From the NCBI GenBank assembly GCA_963663405.2, contig CAXXSM010000149.1:64001-128000 (forward strand): a DNA stretch of 64,000 nucleotides, in the 5' to 3' direction. The position numbers were made by a program, and so were the translations under genes. Shown here piece by piece: positions 1-10,627 of the stretch. This DNA comes from a bacterium (GTDB taxonomy: Bacteria > Hinthialibacterota > Hinthialibacteria > Hinthialibacterales > Hinthialibacteraceae). Under the pieces are notes generated by a model. It was not told where the DNA came from. It searched no databases and saw only the letters and a program-made list of their open reading frames with translations. Numbering within the stretch: the stretch's first letter is position 1; the number at the start of each line of letters is the position of its first letter.

Positions 1-100
1 AAAATGGTCTCCATAAATCGAAGCGCCGCTATTTTACTTTCTAACGTTTCTATAATCATTCATATTCTGTTATATACGCTTTTGGAAAAGAGAGAATTCG

Positions 101-1213
101 ATGAAGGCGGAAATCAAATGTTTTGCTTCTAGTATTGGTTTCGACGCTGTGGGGGTAGCGCGGCCTGCGCCCACGACGTGGGAGCGATATAGAGATTGGG
201 TGTCGAGGGGGTATCATGGTGAAATGGGGTATCTTGAAACTCGTTCGCTTGCCCGGCGCGATCTCTCCCGGTTCGCCAATCCACCCGGCAGTGTCATTGT
301 TTTCGCCAAACAATATTTCCCTCTTGAATACTCTCCAGTGGATCGAGATGGACCGTTTGATGGGTTTGTTTCCCAGTACGCATGGGGGGATGATTATCAT
401 GATATCGTCGCGGATGGTTTAAAGAAAATCTGTGAATTCATACACCAGCGGACGGATGGACGGGAGCGAGCGCGGTGGCTTGTGGACACGGCGCCGATCT
501 TGGAGCGGGATTTCGCCGCGCAGGCGGGAATTGGTTGGTTTGGGAAACACACTCATATACTTAGCCGAACCTTGGGAAACTGGTTTTTCTTGGGGGAGAT
601 CGTCACGACGTTACAGTTGGAGCCGGACGCTCCCGTCTCCTCGCGGTGTGGGACCTGTACGCGTTGTCTGGATGTTTGTCCCACTGGGGCGTTTGCCGCT
701 CCTTATGTTCTTGACGCCCGGCGATGTATCTCTTATCTCACGATTGAACATAAAGGCCCGATTCCCCGTGAACTGCGGCCAAAACTCGGCCGCCGGATTT
801 ATGGATGTGATGAATGCCTCTCTGTATGTCCATGGAACCGTTTCACCACGCCCATCAAGGACACAAGATTGCAGCCCCGCCAGGAATGGATGACACTGGA
901 TTTAATCGAATTGATGGGATTGACCGATGATGAATTCCGCCAACGCTTCAAAGGGAGTCCGATAAAACGGATCAAGCGCCGCGGCTTGCTGCGCAACGCG
1001 GCGGTCGCGCTGGGAAACACAAAAGATCCCCGTGCGGTTTCGGCGCTGATCAAATCCTTGGGAGATGGTGAACCATTGATCCGGAGTCACGCGGCGTGGG
1101 CGCTGGGCGCAATCAGGGGGGAGGAGGCGAGACGGGCGCTGCGAAGAGCGTTGGTCGATGAAACGGATCCGATGGTTCTAAGAGAAGTTGAATACGCATT
1201 GAAAATTGATTGA
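101..1213 (+). CDS. queG: tRNA epoxyqueuosine(34) reductase QueG
   Basis: GYHGEMGYL, SQYAWGDDYH, VDTAPILER, AGIGWFGK, 4Fe-4S motifs CGTCTRCLDVCP and YGCDECLSVCPWN, RCISYLTIE, C-terminal HEAT repeats (LLRNAAVALGN). Confidence 0.95.
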   Translation: MKAEIKCFASSIGFDAVGVARPAPTTWERYRDWVSRGYHGEMGYLETRSLARRDLSRFANPPGSVIVFAKQYFPLEYSPVDRDGPFDGFVSQYAWGDDYHDIVADGLKKICEFIHQRTDGRERARWLVDTAPILERDFAAQAGIGWFGKHTHILSRTLGNWFFLGEIVTTLQLEPDAPVSSRCGTCTRCLDVCPTGAFAAPYVLDARRCISYLTIEHKGPIPRELRPKLGRRIYGCDECLSVCPWNRFTTPIKDTRLQPRQEWMTLDLIELMGLTDDEFRQRFKGSPIKRIKRRGLLRNAAVALGNTKDPRAVSALIKSLGDGEPLIRSHAAWALGAIRGEEARRALRRALVDETDPMVLREVEYALKID

Positions 1214-1238
1214 CAAATTAATTGGGGTATAAGATAAT
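1210..1238 (+). promoter_or_regulatory. sigma70-type promoter of the toxin-antitoxin operon
   Basis: TTGACA (1210-1215), 17-bp spacer, GATAAT (1233-1238), 22 bp upstream of the toxin ATG. Confidence 0.6.
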
Positions 1239-1260
1239 CTGATTCCGAAAGGAAGTTATT

Positions 1261-1629
1261 ATGCCGGAAACCAAAGTTTATTTTTATAGAGAAAATGATA
1301 AAGTTGTTCCGGTATTTGATTGGTTGAAAGGGATTTACAAGAAAGACTTTAAGGCTTATACATATTGTATTGAACGTATTGATCTGTTGAAGGAATTTGG
1401 GCATCAATTGAGAAGGCCACATGCGGATTACCTACAAGATGGAATTTATGAACTAAGGATTAAGAGCCGAAGAACACAATACCGGATTCTATATTTTTTC
1501 CATGGGCAGAATGCTATAATATTGGCGCATGGTTTGATAAAAGAAGATAAAATACTTCTAGTAGATATCGAGCGAGCTAAAAGACGAAAAGCCATCTACG
1601 AAAGTAACCCGGATAATCACCGGTATTAG
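1261..1629 (+). CDS. type II toxin, RelE/ParE superfamily (Gp49/HigB-like)
   Basis: 122 aa; FGHQLRRPHADYLQDGIYELR..QYRILYFF..IILAHG; directly upstream of an HTH gene. Confidence 0.85.
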   Translation: MPETKVYFYRENDKVVPVFDWLKGIYKKDFKAYTYCIERIDLLKEFGHQLRRPHADYLQDGIYELRIKSRRTQYRILYFFHGQNAIILAHGLIKEDKILLVDIERAKRRKAIYESNPDNHRY

Positions 1630-1637
1630 GATAAAAA

Positions 1638-1946
1638 ATGATCGATCAAGGAAAAGACGCCGTTCAGGTTTTGAAAGAGTTCGCTGGGGATCATCCCGAT
1701 TTTGAACGGTTCTATCAGGAAGCGCGTATCAATTCCATTGTCGCGCAGATCGTGTATGATGCGCGAATGGACGCCGGTGTCACACAAGTGGAACTCGCCA
1801 GTCTTGCAGGAACATCTCCACAAGTAATATCCCAATTGGAGGACGCTGATTATGAAGGGGATACTTTCTATATGATCCAGAAAATCGCCACCGTGTTGAA
1901 TCGGCGAATCGATATGCGGTTAGTCCCAATTGATTCAAACGATTAA
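1638..1946 (+). CDS. XRE-family HTH antitoxin (HigA-like)
   Basis: ARMDAGVTQVELASLAGTSPQVISQLEDADYEG HTH; 8 bp downstream of the toxin (toxin-first order). Confidence 0.85.
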   Translation: MIDQGKDAVQVLKEFAGDHPDFERFYQEARINSIVAQIVYDARMDAGVTQVELASLAGTSPQVISQLEDADYEGDTFYMIQKIATVLNRRIDMRLVPIDSND

Positions 1947-2234
1947 GTTGTATTTATCTACTGCTGATTTCCTTTTACTTTTATCTACCGATTATTATTT
2001 CAATTTTCATCTCCACAATAAGCCTTTCCTTAAAGTCATTAAGATGCTCCAAGTTAGAATTGTTTTCTTCATTTACGCATTTTGATTTCAAATCATGATG
2101 GCTTTTATAAAAAGAGAATTGTTTGATTTCTTGTGGGTATCCAATCCATCCGAGTATAATCTCATCTTAAGAAGTCATCTAAAATCGTGTGATACGCAAT
2201 CAAACTGGAATGAATTTTCTTAAAGGAAAATAGT

Positions 2235-4457
2235 ATGAGTGGTCATATAACTCTGACCTATCAACAGCGTTTGGAGAGTTTACGGTCAATTAAACTGGAG
2301 CAAACGAGAGAAAAACAACGCCTCAAAGGCGCGATGGATATGGACGATCAGGGACAAGTTCTCCCACCGATGGATCAAGCGGAGATGATTGAGATTATCA
2401 GCGGTTCGGGCGTCAAAGTGAAAGAATTTGTATTAAAGGATTTTCGCGCACAAACAGATCATCCCAGTGGCGGCATCTTCGGTCCCAAATCATGTGGCGT
2501 CAATTTTAAGGCGTTGTTGGATGTTCATCCAACGTATATCCAACCACTCAACTCGATGGCGGGTGTATACCGGGTCTATTTTATCAGCCATCGTGATCCC
2601 GCTTGGAATCCAGAATTCGATTGTTTGCCCATCACGAAACGGTTGGAGCAATACGGCGTAATCGATCATGGGATCGGCGGCGTACAGCATTTTTGCCCGG
2701 ATCTGACTATCGGCTTGGAACTCGGTTGGGAAGGCTTGAAAAACAAAGTACAACATTACCACAAGTTAAATCCGGATAAGTCTGATTTTTATGATGGACT
2801 GGAGGCTATCCTGACCGGCGTTCAGCATTGGATCCAGCGTCATTCGGACGACGCGCGGCGGATGGCGGAAGAGGAAGAACACCCCCAACTTATCGAAAAC
2901 TTGTTGACGATCGCGGATATCTGCGAGCGGCTCGTTTATCTTCCCCCCAATTCCTTCCGGGAAGCATGCCAGTGGCTGGTGTTCTTCCAAGCTGTGGCCA
3001 AGATGTACAATGGAAGCGGTGAATGGGGTCAATTGGATGAATTGCTAAGACCGTATTATGAAAAAGATATGCGGCGGGGTGTCCTGACTGATGAAGAGGC
3101 TGTTTTTCATATCGCCTGTCTGCTCCTCAGCGAGACCGCTTACATTCAATTGGGGGGGCCGGACGCCCAGGGGAACGACCTGACCAGCCATGTATCGTTT
3201 CTGATCTTGGAAGCGATTCATCAATTGAAAATACCCGCGAATATCGCCTTGCGCGTCAGCGATGATATGAATCCTGATCTCTTCCGGCGCGGATTGGAAA
3301 TCCTCTGTGAGGACAAAATGGGATTCCCGAAATTCATTGGAGACAAGCCACTGATCGAGGGATGCTTAAAAAGCGGTTTTACAGTTGATGAAGCCCGGCG
3401 CCGTATTTATGCGGGTTGTCATTGGATGGCTGTTCCCGGACGGGAATACGGCTTGATGGATATGATCAAGCTGGATTTCGCATGGTTGTTTGATCGCGCT
3501 TTGAAAGAGATGATGGCTGATAATTCGATTGCGCCAAGTGTGGAGGAATTATGGAACCGGTTTGAGAAATTGATCCGGGGCGCCGTGGTTGCGATCGCCT
3601 TGGGGATTGATTTTCATATGGAACATATGCATCAAGTGTTCCCCGAATTGTTCCTGGATCTATTTTGTCACGGCCCTGTTGAAAAGGGAGAAGACATCAG
3701 TCATGGGGGAGTGGATATTTATAAAATCGGAGTCGACGGCGCGTCACTCGCCACAGTCGCCGACTCGTTCGCGGCGATAGAACAGCGTGTTGAAAAGGAC
3801 AGCCGGTTGACGTGGGAAGAATTGATGAACCATATCGAATCCGATTGGCAGGGAAAGGAAGGGGAACAAGCGCGGCGCCTAATGAAGACGATCCCCCGGT
3901 TTGGAAGAGGAGGCTCGTCCGCCGATGAATGGGCCGTTCGGATATCGAAAACCTTCAGCCGTATCGTGATTGAAAAGAAAACCCCCAATGGTTTTTCAAT
4001 GATTCCAGGACTGTTCTCCTGGGCGCGTGTAATTGATTATGGAAAACGATTAGGCGCAACGCCAGACGGACGGAAAGCGGGAGAGCCGGTTTCACATGGT
4101 CCCAATCCAGCGCCTGGCTTCAATTGTGGAAAACCGGGCACTCCAACCCAACTCTCCACGGCCGTCGCCTCGGTCCAACCGGGTTATGGGAATTCCGCTC
4201 CATTACAACTTGACTTGGATCCCTCCATTGCGGAAGATGACGAAGGAATTGAAAAAACCGGCGCTTTGATCCGCGCTCATTTTGACTTGGGTGGGACGAT
4301 GATTAATATCAATGTTATGAATAAGAAGCAGATTCTTGAAGCGTATGAAGAACCATCCCGCTATCCCGATTTGATAGTGCGTGTGACGGGATTCAGCGCC
4401 TATTTTGCCAGTTTATCGGATGAAATGCGGAAATATATTGTCGATCGGCTTGTTTAG
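2235..4457 (+). CDS. glycyl radical enzyme (PFL-like family), substrate unknown
   Basis: C-terminal YPDLIVRVTGFSAYF glycyl-radical loop; GATPDGRKAGEP; PPNSFREACQW; Cys loop AGCHW; adjacent activase. Confidence 0.9.
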   Translation: MSGHITLTYQQRLESLRSIKLEQTREKQRLKGAMDMDDQGQVLPPMDQAEMIEIISGSGVKVKEFVLKDFRAQTDHPSGGIFGPKSCGVNFKALLDVHPTYIQPLNSMAGVYRVYFISHRDPAWNPEFDCLPITKRLEQYGVIDHGIGGVQHFCPDLTIGLELGWEGLKNKVQHYHKLNPDKSDFYDGLEAILTGVQHWIQRHSDDARRMAEEEEHPQLIENLLTIADICERLVYLPPNSFREACQWLVFFQAVAKMYNGSGEWGQLDELLRPYYEKDMRRGVLTDEEAVFHIACLLLSETAYIQLGGPDAQGNDLTSHVSFLILEAIHQLKIPANIALRVSDDMNPDLFRRGLEILCEDKMGFPKFIGDKPLIEGCLKSGFTVDEARRRIYAGCHWMAVPGREYGLMDMIKLDFAWLFDRALKEMMADNSIAPSVEELWNRFEKLIRGAVVAIALGIDFHMEHMHQVFPELFLDLFCHGPVEKGEDISHGGVDIYKIGVDGASLATVADSFAAIEQRVEKDSRLTWEELMNHIESDWQGKEGEQARRLMKTIPRFGRGGSSADEWAVRISKTFSRIVIEKKTPNGFSMIPGLFSWARVIDYGKRLGATPDGRKAGEPVSHGPNPAPGFNCGKPGTPTQLSTAVASVQPGYGNSAPLQLDLDPSIAEDDEGIEKTGALIRAHFDLGGTMININVMNKKQILEAYEEPSRYPDLIVRVTGFSAYFASLSDEMRKYIVDRLV

Positions 4458-4484
4458 CGAATTGGATTGCGCAAAGGATTGGAT

Positions 4485-5387
4485 GTGAAAGGTCTTGTTT
4501 TTGATATTGAGCGATTTGCCGTTCATGACGGCCCGGGGATTCGGACGACGGTGTTTTTGAAAGGATGTCCTCTTCGATGTAAGTGGTGTCATAATCCTGA
4601 ATCGATCTCATTTGATCCCGAATTACTGCTGACAACGGAGTTATGCGTATCCTGTGGAGCGTGTGTTGAAATCTGCGGGCAAAACGCGCATGTCTTTGTT
4701 GACAACCGCCATATGATGAATCGGGAACGCTGTATTCTCTGCGGTGAATGCGTTCAACATTGTATAACCGGGGCGTTGGAGATTGCGGGAAATGAAAGGT
4801 CTGTTGAGGATGTTTTGGGTGAAATTCTTTGTGACCGGCCCTACTATCAACGATCGGGCGGTGGATTGACTGTGTCCGGGGGAGAACCGCTGGCGCATCA
4901 TGCGTTCACTATTGCCTTGTTGGAGGCCGCCCGTAAGGAGAGAATCCATTGCGCGCTGGATACGTCCGGCTTGGCTCCCTGGCCGATTTTCAAAGAGGTC
5001 TCAGAGCGTGCGGATTTGATACTCTATGATTTAAAGCACATCGATCGTGAACGGCATAAACAACTGACAGGCGTGTATAACGATATCATTTTGGAAAACT
5101 TGGAAAGATTGGATCAAGCAGATATTCCAATCTGGATTCGGATTCCATTAGTTCCCGGTCAAAACAATGATGATATTACTTTTCACGAACTCGGCGCTTT
5201 TCTCGCTCGCAGGAACAACATCCGGCGGGTGGAGATTGTGCGTTACAACCGCCTGGCGGAATCCAAGTACGAACGGTTGAATCAATCGTATTCTTTTCGT
5301 GGATTACGCATACCCTTGATGGAAGAGGCGGAATCGAGGAAAGAGATATTAATGCGATATGGGCTGAAATCAGTTGTATGCCGGTGA
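4485..5387 (+). CDS. glycyl-radical enzyme activating protein (radical SAM with ferredoxin insert)
   Basis: HDGPGIRTTVFLKGCPLRCKWCHNPE; CVSCGACVEIC and CILCGECVQHC; SGGEPL; GTG start after AAAGGA. Confidence 0.95.
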   Translation: MKGLVFDIERFAVHDGPGIRTTVFLKGCPLRCKWCHNPESISFDPELLLTTELCVSCGACVEICGQNAHVFVDNRHMMNRERCILCGECVQHCITGALEIAGNERSVEDVLGEILCDRPYYQRSGGGLTVSGGEPLAHHAFTIALLEAARKERIHCALDTSGLAPWPIFKEVSERADLILYDLKHIDRERHKQLTGVYNDIILENLERLDQADIPIWIRIPLVPGQNNDDITFHELGAFLARRNNIRRVEIVRYNRLAESKYERLNQSYSFRGLRIPLMEEAESRKEILMRYGLKSVVCR

Positions 5388-5614
5388 ATAAACGTTGAAT
5401 CATAAACATGTAAAAATATATGTATGGGTGTTATAACCTGATAGTCCATGAGTCCATTTTTTATAGAAAACTTGTAGTCTTTTTTATTAAGGTGGAGGTA
5501 AAAAAAAGCCTTGTAAGACGATTCTTTTGCCTGTCTTGATTATGCTTATTCTTACATTTACATTATTCTCAAAACTCATTATATTGTCTTTCTATAGACT
5601 TTGTGGAGGGAAAT

Positions 5615-6664
5615 ATGTTACAGCATAATTTGACTCGGCGGAAATTTATACGTACTGTGACTCTGAGCGCTGCGATGGCGAATTCAATTAATTCAAAAGC
5701 AGTATCGCAATCGGTACATGAATTGTTTTGGGGATGTTTATTGCATTTGAGTTTCAACATGTGGGAGAGTTTTATCTCGCCTCATCGTCCTTTTCGTGGT
5801 TATCGGCCGGACCTGGAACTCAGCGAGAGACTCTGGAACGATGCGTTGGATCGTATGGCTGAATGTGGTGTTAATACACTCGTTATCGATCTCGGTGACG
5901 CAGTGAAATATAAAAGTCATCCAGAAATAGCCGTCAATAACGCTTGGTCTGTAGAACGTTTAAAACAGGAATTATCCAGGATTCGCAGCATGGGGATGAA
6001 TCCAATCCCTAAACTGAACTTTTCAGCGACACATGATACTTGGCTTGGACCTTATGCCCGCATGGTTTCCACCAAACCATATTATGCTGTTTGCCGTGAT
6101 ATCATTATAGAAGTGGCGGAAATATTTGACGGGCCTTCGTTGTTTCACTTAGGTATGGATGAAGAGACTGCTGAACACCAACAGTATTATAAATATGTTG
6201 TAGTGCGCCAAGGTGAACAATGGTGGAATGACTTACATTTCTTGATTGATGAAGTCGTAAAAAACGGTTCCCGGCCTTGGGTATGGTCAGATTATGAATG
6301 GAACCATCCAGATGAATTTTTCAAGAATATGCCAAAATCAGTTCTGCAGAGCAATTGGTATTACGGTGAGAAATTTGACATAAAACATGAACATGTAAAA
6401 GCTTATCTTGATTTAGAAAAACATGGTTACGATCAAGTCCCTACGGCGAGCTTTCATACGACTAATTCGAAGAGTATCGAAAACACAGTTCAATTTTGCT
6501 CTCAATGCATAACTGAACAGCATTTAAAGGGATTTCTACAAACCATTTGGAAACCTGCGATTGAAGAGTATCGAGACCGTTATCTTGAAGGAATTGAGTT
6601 ATTAGGGAGGGCGAAGAAAGAGTATGAAAGACGAACTAAGTATGACAATGAATCGAAGGGATGA
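5615..6664 (+). CDS. Tat-exported TIM-barrel glycoside hydrolase-like protein (GH20-like)
   Basis: TRRKFI twin-arginine signal; FHLGMDEE resembles the GH20 H-x-G-x-D-E catalytic motif. Confidence 0.6.
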   Translation: MLQHNLTRRKFIRTVTLSAAMANSINSKAVSQSVHELFWGCLLHLSFNMWESFISPHRPFRGYRPDLELSERLWNDALDRMAECGVNTLVIDLGDAVKYKSHPEIAVNNAWSVERLKQELSRIRSMGMNPIPKLNFSATHDTWLGPYARMVSTKPYYAVCRDIIIEVAEIFDGPSLFHLGMDEETAEHQQYYKYVVVRQGEQWWNDLHFLIDEVVKNGSRPWVWSDYEWNHPDEFFKNMPKSVLQSNWYYGEKFDIKHEHVKAYLDLEKHGYDQVPTASFHTTNSKSIENTVQFCSQCITEQHLKGFLQTIWKPAIEEYRDRYLEGIELLGRAKKEYERRTKYDNESKG

Positions 6665-6839
6665 AACACATAATATATCTTTCGAACTGTGTTTATTTAA
6701 ATATTTTATCACAAAATTAATTGAGTAATAATTTTTTACAGAATAATTTGTCTGTTTAATTTCCTTTGTTTGTATTTGAAAAACTGGAATCAATGGATTT
6801 GCGAGATCGGAGTTAAGAATGTCGTGAAAGGATAAAACA

Positions 6840-8840
6840 ATGAATTCTACTCTACGATTAAATGCTTTATTATTCTTTGTATTGATTGTTTTCGTTGAAA
6901 CCGCTTTTACTACGGATGATGATTTCATCCCTGGAATCGATTCATTGTACCGGCTTGATCGGTTGGGCGTGATGAAACAATCCATCCATGTGGCTTCTAT
7001 ATCGAGTTATGACCGTACAGGAGGCAACAATGATGGATTTGGTGGACAGTATTCCTTCGTACGCAAGGAAGAAGGAGGATTAGTTTTAGCGGACTTGAAA
7101 GGCCCTGGCGTTGTTTACCGGATATGGACTCCAACACCGACTGATGATGTGATGGAATTTTACTTTGATGGAGAAGAGATACCACGTATCACAGTAAAAT
7201 TCCGTGAACTTTTTTTGGGGAATCATCCCGCATTTCCACGTCCACTGGCTGGGCATGGAGCCGGTGGTTTCTACAGTTATGTACCATTGAGTTATGAAAA
7301 ATCCTGCAAAGTCTTTATTCGAGCAGAGAGAATCCAATTCTATCAAATCAATTACGCCACTTATCCTCCTGATATTGGGATTCAAACGTATACACAAAAT
7401 ACTGACGCCGAAGAGATCCAAAAAATTGAGAAGGCGAAAGGACTGTTTAATTCAGTGGGAAAAGATATCAGTTCTTATACTACCCCAAAAGAAGGAAGGA
7501 TCGAAACAAGTACAAGGAAAATAACACTGAAGCCAGGAAAAACAGAAACGGTTTTCAACATGGGACGGCCGGGTCGAATCGTTGGGATTCGAATGCGTCC
7601 AGCGAATACGTTTGTTGGAAAGGATCGCGCTATTATTCTTCGAGTGTTCTGGGATGAAAATAGTCAGCCCGCGATCAATTGTCCTGTGGGTGATTTCTTC
7701 GGCTATGCATGGGGGGAGCCTGCGATGAAATCACTGATGATCGGCACTACCGGTGACCTTAATTATTGTTACTTTCCCATGCCGTTCGATCAATCCGCTA
7801 AAATCGAATTAGAAGCCGAAACTGAATTGAACAAAGATGTCTCTTTTGAAGTGGACATTCTTTTTACTCCCATTGCCCGTAAGGAAAATGAAGGAAAATT
7901 CTATACTTTGTGGCGGAGAGAAAATCCAACGGTGAAAGGAATGCCATTTACTTTCATTAAGACAAAAGGGCGAGGGCATCTCGTTGGAGTTATACAGCAA
8001 TCACAGGGATTCGTGTCCGGCGTAACGCCATTCTTTGAGGGTGACGATCAGACTACGATTGACAATGAACTGGTAATTCATGGAACCGGATCCGAGGATT
8101 TTTATAACGGGGGGTGGTATGATGTGCCGGGCCGGTGGGAAACACAGCGGTCTTTTCCTCTCAGTGGCTGCCTGGGATACAAGAAACATCTCGGGAGAAC
8201 GGGGGGCTATCGTATTATGCTGGGAGACGCTTATGCGTACAACGAAAGTATATTGCAAACCATCGAGCACGCTCCAACCAATAACGATATCTTGAATGAC
8301 TACTGCGGTGTGACGTTTCTTTATTCATTGGAACGCCCCACATGCGATTTCAAACTCCCACCGGTCGAAGAAAGAAAAGTGTTGGATCCGGAAAAGATCG
8401 TTTTCGCTATTTGGTGGAACACACCCATTTATTCGTTCTCACTCAAAAATGCGATTCTGACGAAAGAGACCTGCCAAGATATCCATCAGAAAGAAACCCG
8501 GTATCTATCAATGAAAGCAAAGGATGAAGCGGTCTTTGGTCCTCATTCCATCAGTTTTACTTGTGAACTGCCTGCGGCGGGAACGTATAAAATCAGCCTT
8601 GACGCCGTGAAAGGACCGGATCAGGGAATCGTGCAACTATTTATGGATGAAGCGCCCATAGGTCCTGAACTGGATTTCTATAGCGATGAGATTCAAACCG
8701 CTCTTGGAGAATATGCGGGATTGCTTCAATTGGATCAAGGTCCGAACAATTTGATGTTCAAACTGATTGGCAAGAATGAAAAATCAGAAGGACTTGGTTT
8801 TAAACTAACCAATATTATTTGTGAAAAAGTAGAAAAATAG
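6840..8840 (+). CDS. secreted DUF2961 (GH172-like) glycoside hydrolase with C-terminal CBM-like domain
   Basis: signal peptide; SSYDRTGGNNDG, GPGVVYRIW, PVGDFFG, FFEGDD, HGTGSEDFYNGGWY. Confidence 0.8.
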   Translation: MNSTLRLNALLFFVLIVFVETAFTTDDDFIPGIDSLYRLDRLGVMKQSIHVASISSYDRTGGNNDGFGGQYSFVRKEEGGLVLADLKGPGVVYRIWTPTPTDDVMEFYFDGEEIPRITVKFRELFLGNHPAFPRPLAGHGAGGFYSYVPLSYEKSCKVFIRAERIQFYQINYATYPPDIGIQTYTQNTDAEEIQKIEKAKGLFNSVGKDISSYTTPKEGRIETSTRKITLKPGKTETVFNMGRPGRIVGIRMRPANTFVGKDRAIILRVFWDENSQPAINCPVGDFFGYAWGEPAMKSLMIGTTGDLNYCYFPMPFDQSAKIELEAETELNKDVSFEVDILFTPIARKENEGKFYTLWRRENPTVKGMPFTFIKTKGRGHLVGVIQQSQGFVSGVTPFFEGDDQTTIDNELVIHGTGSEDFYNGGWYDVPGRWETQRSFPLSGCLGYKKHLGRTGGYRIMLGDAYAYNESILQTIEHAPTNNDILNDYCGVTFLYSLERPTCDFKLPPVEERKVLDPEKIVFAIWWNTPIYSFSLKNAILTKETCQDIHQKETRYLSMKAKDEAVFGPHSISFTCELPAAGTYKISLDAVKGPDQGIVQLFMDEAPIGPELDFYSDEIQTALGEYAGLLQLDQGPNNLMFKLIGKNEKSEGLGFKLTNIICEKVEK

Positions 8841-8876
8841 ATTACAAAAAAAAACAAGAATCTCTGAAATCGTAGG

Positions 8877-10367
8877 TTATTGTACAGAAATGGGGAATTC
8901 ACGAATCGACTCGTTGAGTGTCCATCGTATACGATAGTCTCCAACAGGTACTGCGCTCGAATCCCATTCAAAAATTAAGATTCCACTATCATCTTCGGTG
9001 ATACTATCGGATTTTTGTTTGCGAATATCCAAAACTTTTTTCTGCCCGTCTCGAGAGTACAAGGCAATATCCACATTCCCTTTAACACGTGATTGGCTAA
9101 TCAAAAATGATTTTTTATCTTGCATAATATTGCTCGGAATTGCCGCCACCATAGATAAATAGCAATTGCTGTTAAAAGGGCGTTGCAATTCAGTGACCGG
9201 TAGCTGTTCATAATGACGATTGAATGTAATCGGAGTTTGATCATTTATATTAGCGAGTTCACGAATCGTAACGTCAAAATCAGCTAAGCCTCTCCATATT
9301 GTTCCAGCCAGTTTGGGAAATTCGCCTCCAGGCGCTTTCGTAATAGGGATTTTTCCTAACGACGCCATTTGGACAGCGTAATTGGAATTACGCCATTTAG
9401 GATTCTCTCGATCTCCATTCCACATGACCTTGAGATTTGTATTAATGATTCGTTGGATATCTTCCTTTGTAAATGTAAGTCCGGAATGATAGGCTTCGAC
9501 GATTTCATAAATCTCTCCCGCTTGATAATTGCGGTAGGGATGAACATTCACCCAATGGCGAAGCGTATTTGGAGAGGAAAAATCGATGTCCCAAACGCCA
9601 AATGGTTCCCAATAATTCCATACATAATGATCCTGATACAAACACATGCGGCTCTTCATAAAATTAAAAATCTTTAAAGCTCGTTCACGATATTTATCGA
9701 TTTTCGTGATTCGATAAATCCGCAGACAAGCGATGGCCATTGAATTTTGCTTATTGAATGGAAGCGTAAGATTTGATTTTATTGCAGGAAGAACTCGCCA
9801 TGCGCTAAGGTTATCTTTCGTCAAATAGTGATCCCACGAACGATATGCGCCGTATGGACCATCTTCATACCATGTTCCTCGCTGATCCCATTTTTCGATC
9901 AAGTGCTTTTGGGCAAATTTCAAATATGCTTTCGCTTTGGATGAGTAGGATTGCTGGATTGCAGGATCCTCATGGTTTAGAACCGTTTCACAAAATTCCA
10001 ACATGGGATTAATCAAGATTGCGTCGCCTATATGCGCGTCACAGATATAATTTTCATCATAAATATAAGGACCGACCCATCCTTTATATCCATCCGGCGC
10101 TTGACGCGTCTTTGCGAGCAGGGCGTCATAGTAACGAATCGCGGAGTCAAGAAAAGAGCGATCTAGAGTCGAGTTATACTCATCCATGAAAGCGTTCATG
10201 TTATAGGCCGCATGCCAACATAATCCCTCGCCGGTCAACGATCCATCAACCTTCAGTAAGGGAGTTCTCATCCGGCTCTGGAGTAATTCATCCGCATTTC
10301 TATTCGACCAACAAATCGATGAAAAACACAAGATGATGAGAAATGACAAGAGTAAAATTTGTTTCAC
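8877..10367 (-). CDS. secreted hypothetical protein, probable (alpha/alpha)-toroid carbohydrate-active fold plus C-terminal Ig-like domain
   Basis: signal peptide; helical aromatic-rich body (LRIYRITKIDKYRERALKI); C-terminal beta-rich IFEWDSSAVPVGDYRIRW. Confidence 0.55.
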   Translation of the reverse strand: MKQILLLSFLIILCFSSICWSNRNADELLQSRMRTPLLKVDGSLTGEGLCWHAAYNMNAFMDEYNSTLDRSFLDSAIRYYDALLAKTRQAPDGYKGWVGPYIYDENYICDAHIGDAILINPMLEFCETVLNHEDPAIQQSYSSKAKAYLKFAQKHLIEKWDQRGTWYEDGPYGAYRSWDHYLTKDNLSAWRVLPAIKSNLTLPFNKQNSMAIACLRIYRITKIDKYRERALKIFNFMKSRMCLYQDHYVWNYWEPFGVWDIDFSSPNTLRHWVNVHPYRNYQAGEIYEIVEAYHSGLTFTKEDIQRIINTNLKVMWNGDRENPKWRNSNYAVQMASLGKIPITKAPGGEFPKLAGTIWRGLADFDVTIRELANINDQTPITFNRHYEQLPVTELQRPFNSNCYLSMVAAIPSNIMQDKKSFLISQSRVKGNVDIALYSRDGQKKVLDIRKQKSDSITEDDSGILIFEWDSSAVPVGDYRIRWTLNESIREFPISVQ

Positions 10368-10627
10368 GATTTTTCCTTTCGATTAGAGTCAATCGCTTGA
10401 TTGTAGATAAGAATCCAAATAGTGATCTTGGTTATTGATTGTTTAAATATCCATTGAAGCGATTCCCGTATTTGTTGAAATCCTTCTTTATTTTACTAAT
10501 CGACTATGGTGTTATGAAGTGTACACGTATTTATCCTCTCTGGTTACTTACTTGTTTTAGCCTTTTTCAATCGTTTTCTCAATATTTCATACGATCATAT
10601 GCCTAAGTGTTTATACGAATCACATCC

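Noticed and set aside
2235-4457. Annotation as pyruvate formate-lyase (pflB) or CutC
   Set aside because: Lacks the PFL CC pair and the GCxE eliminase motif; no microcompartment genes nearby
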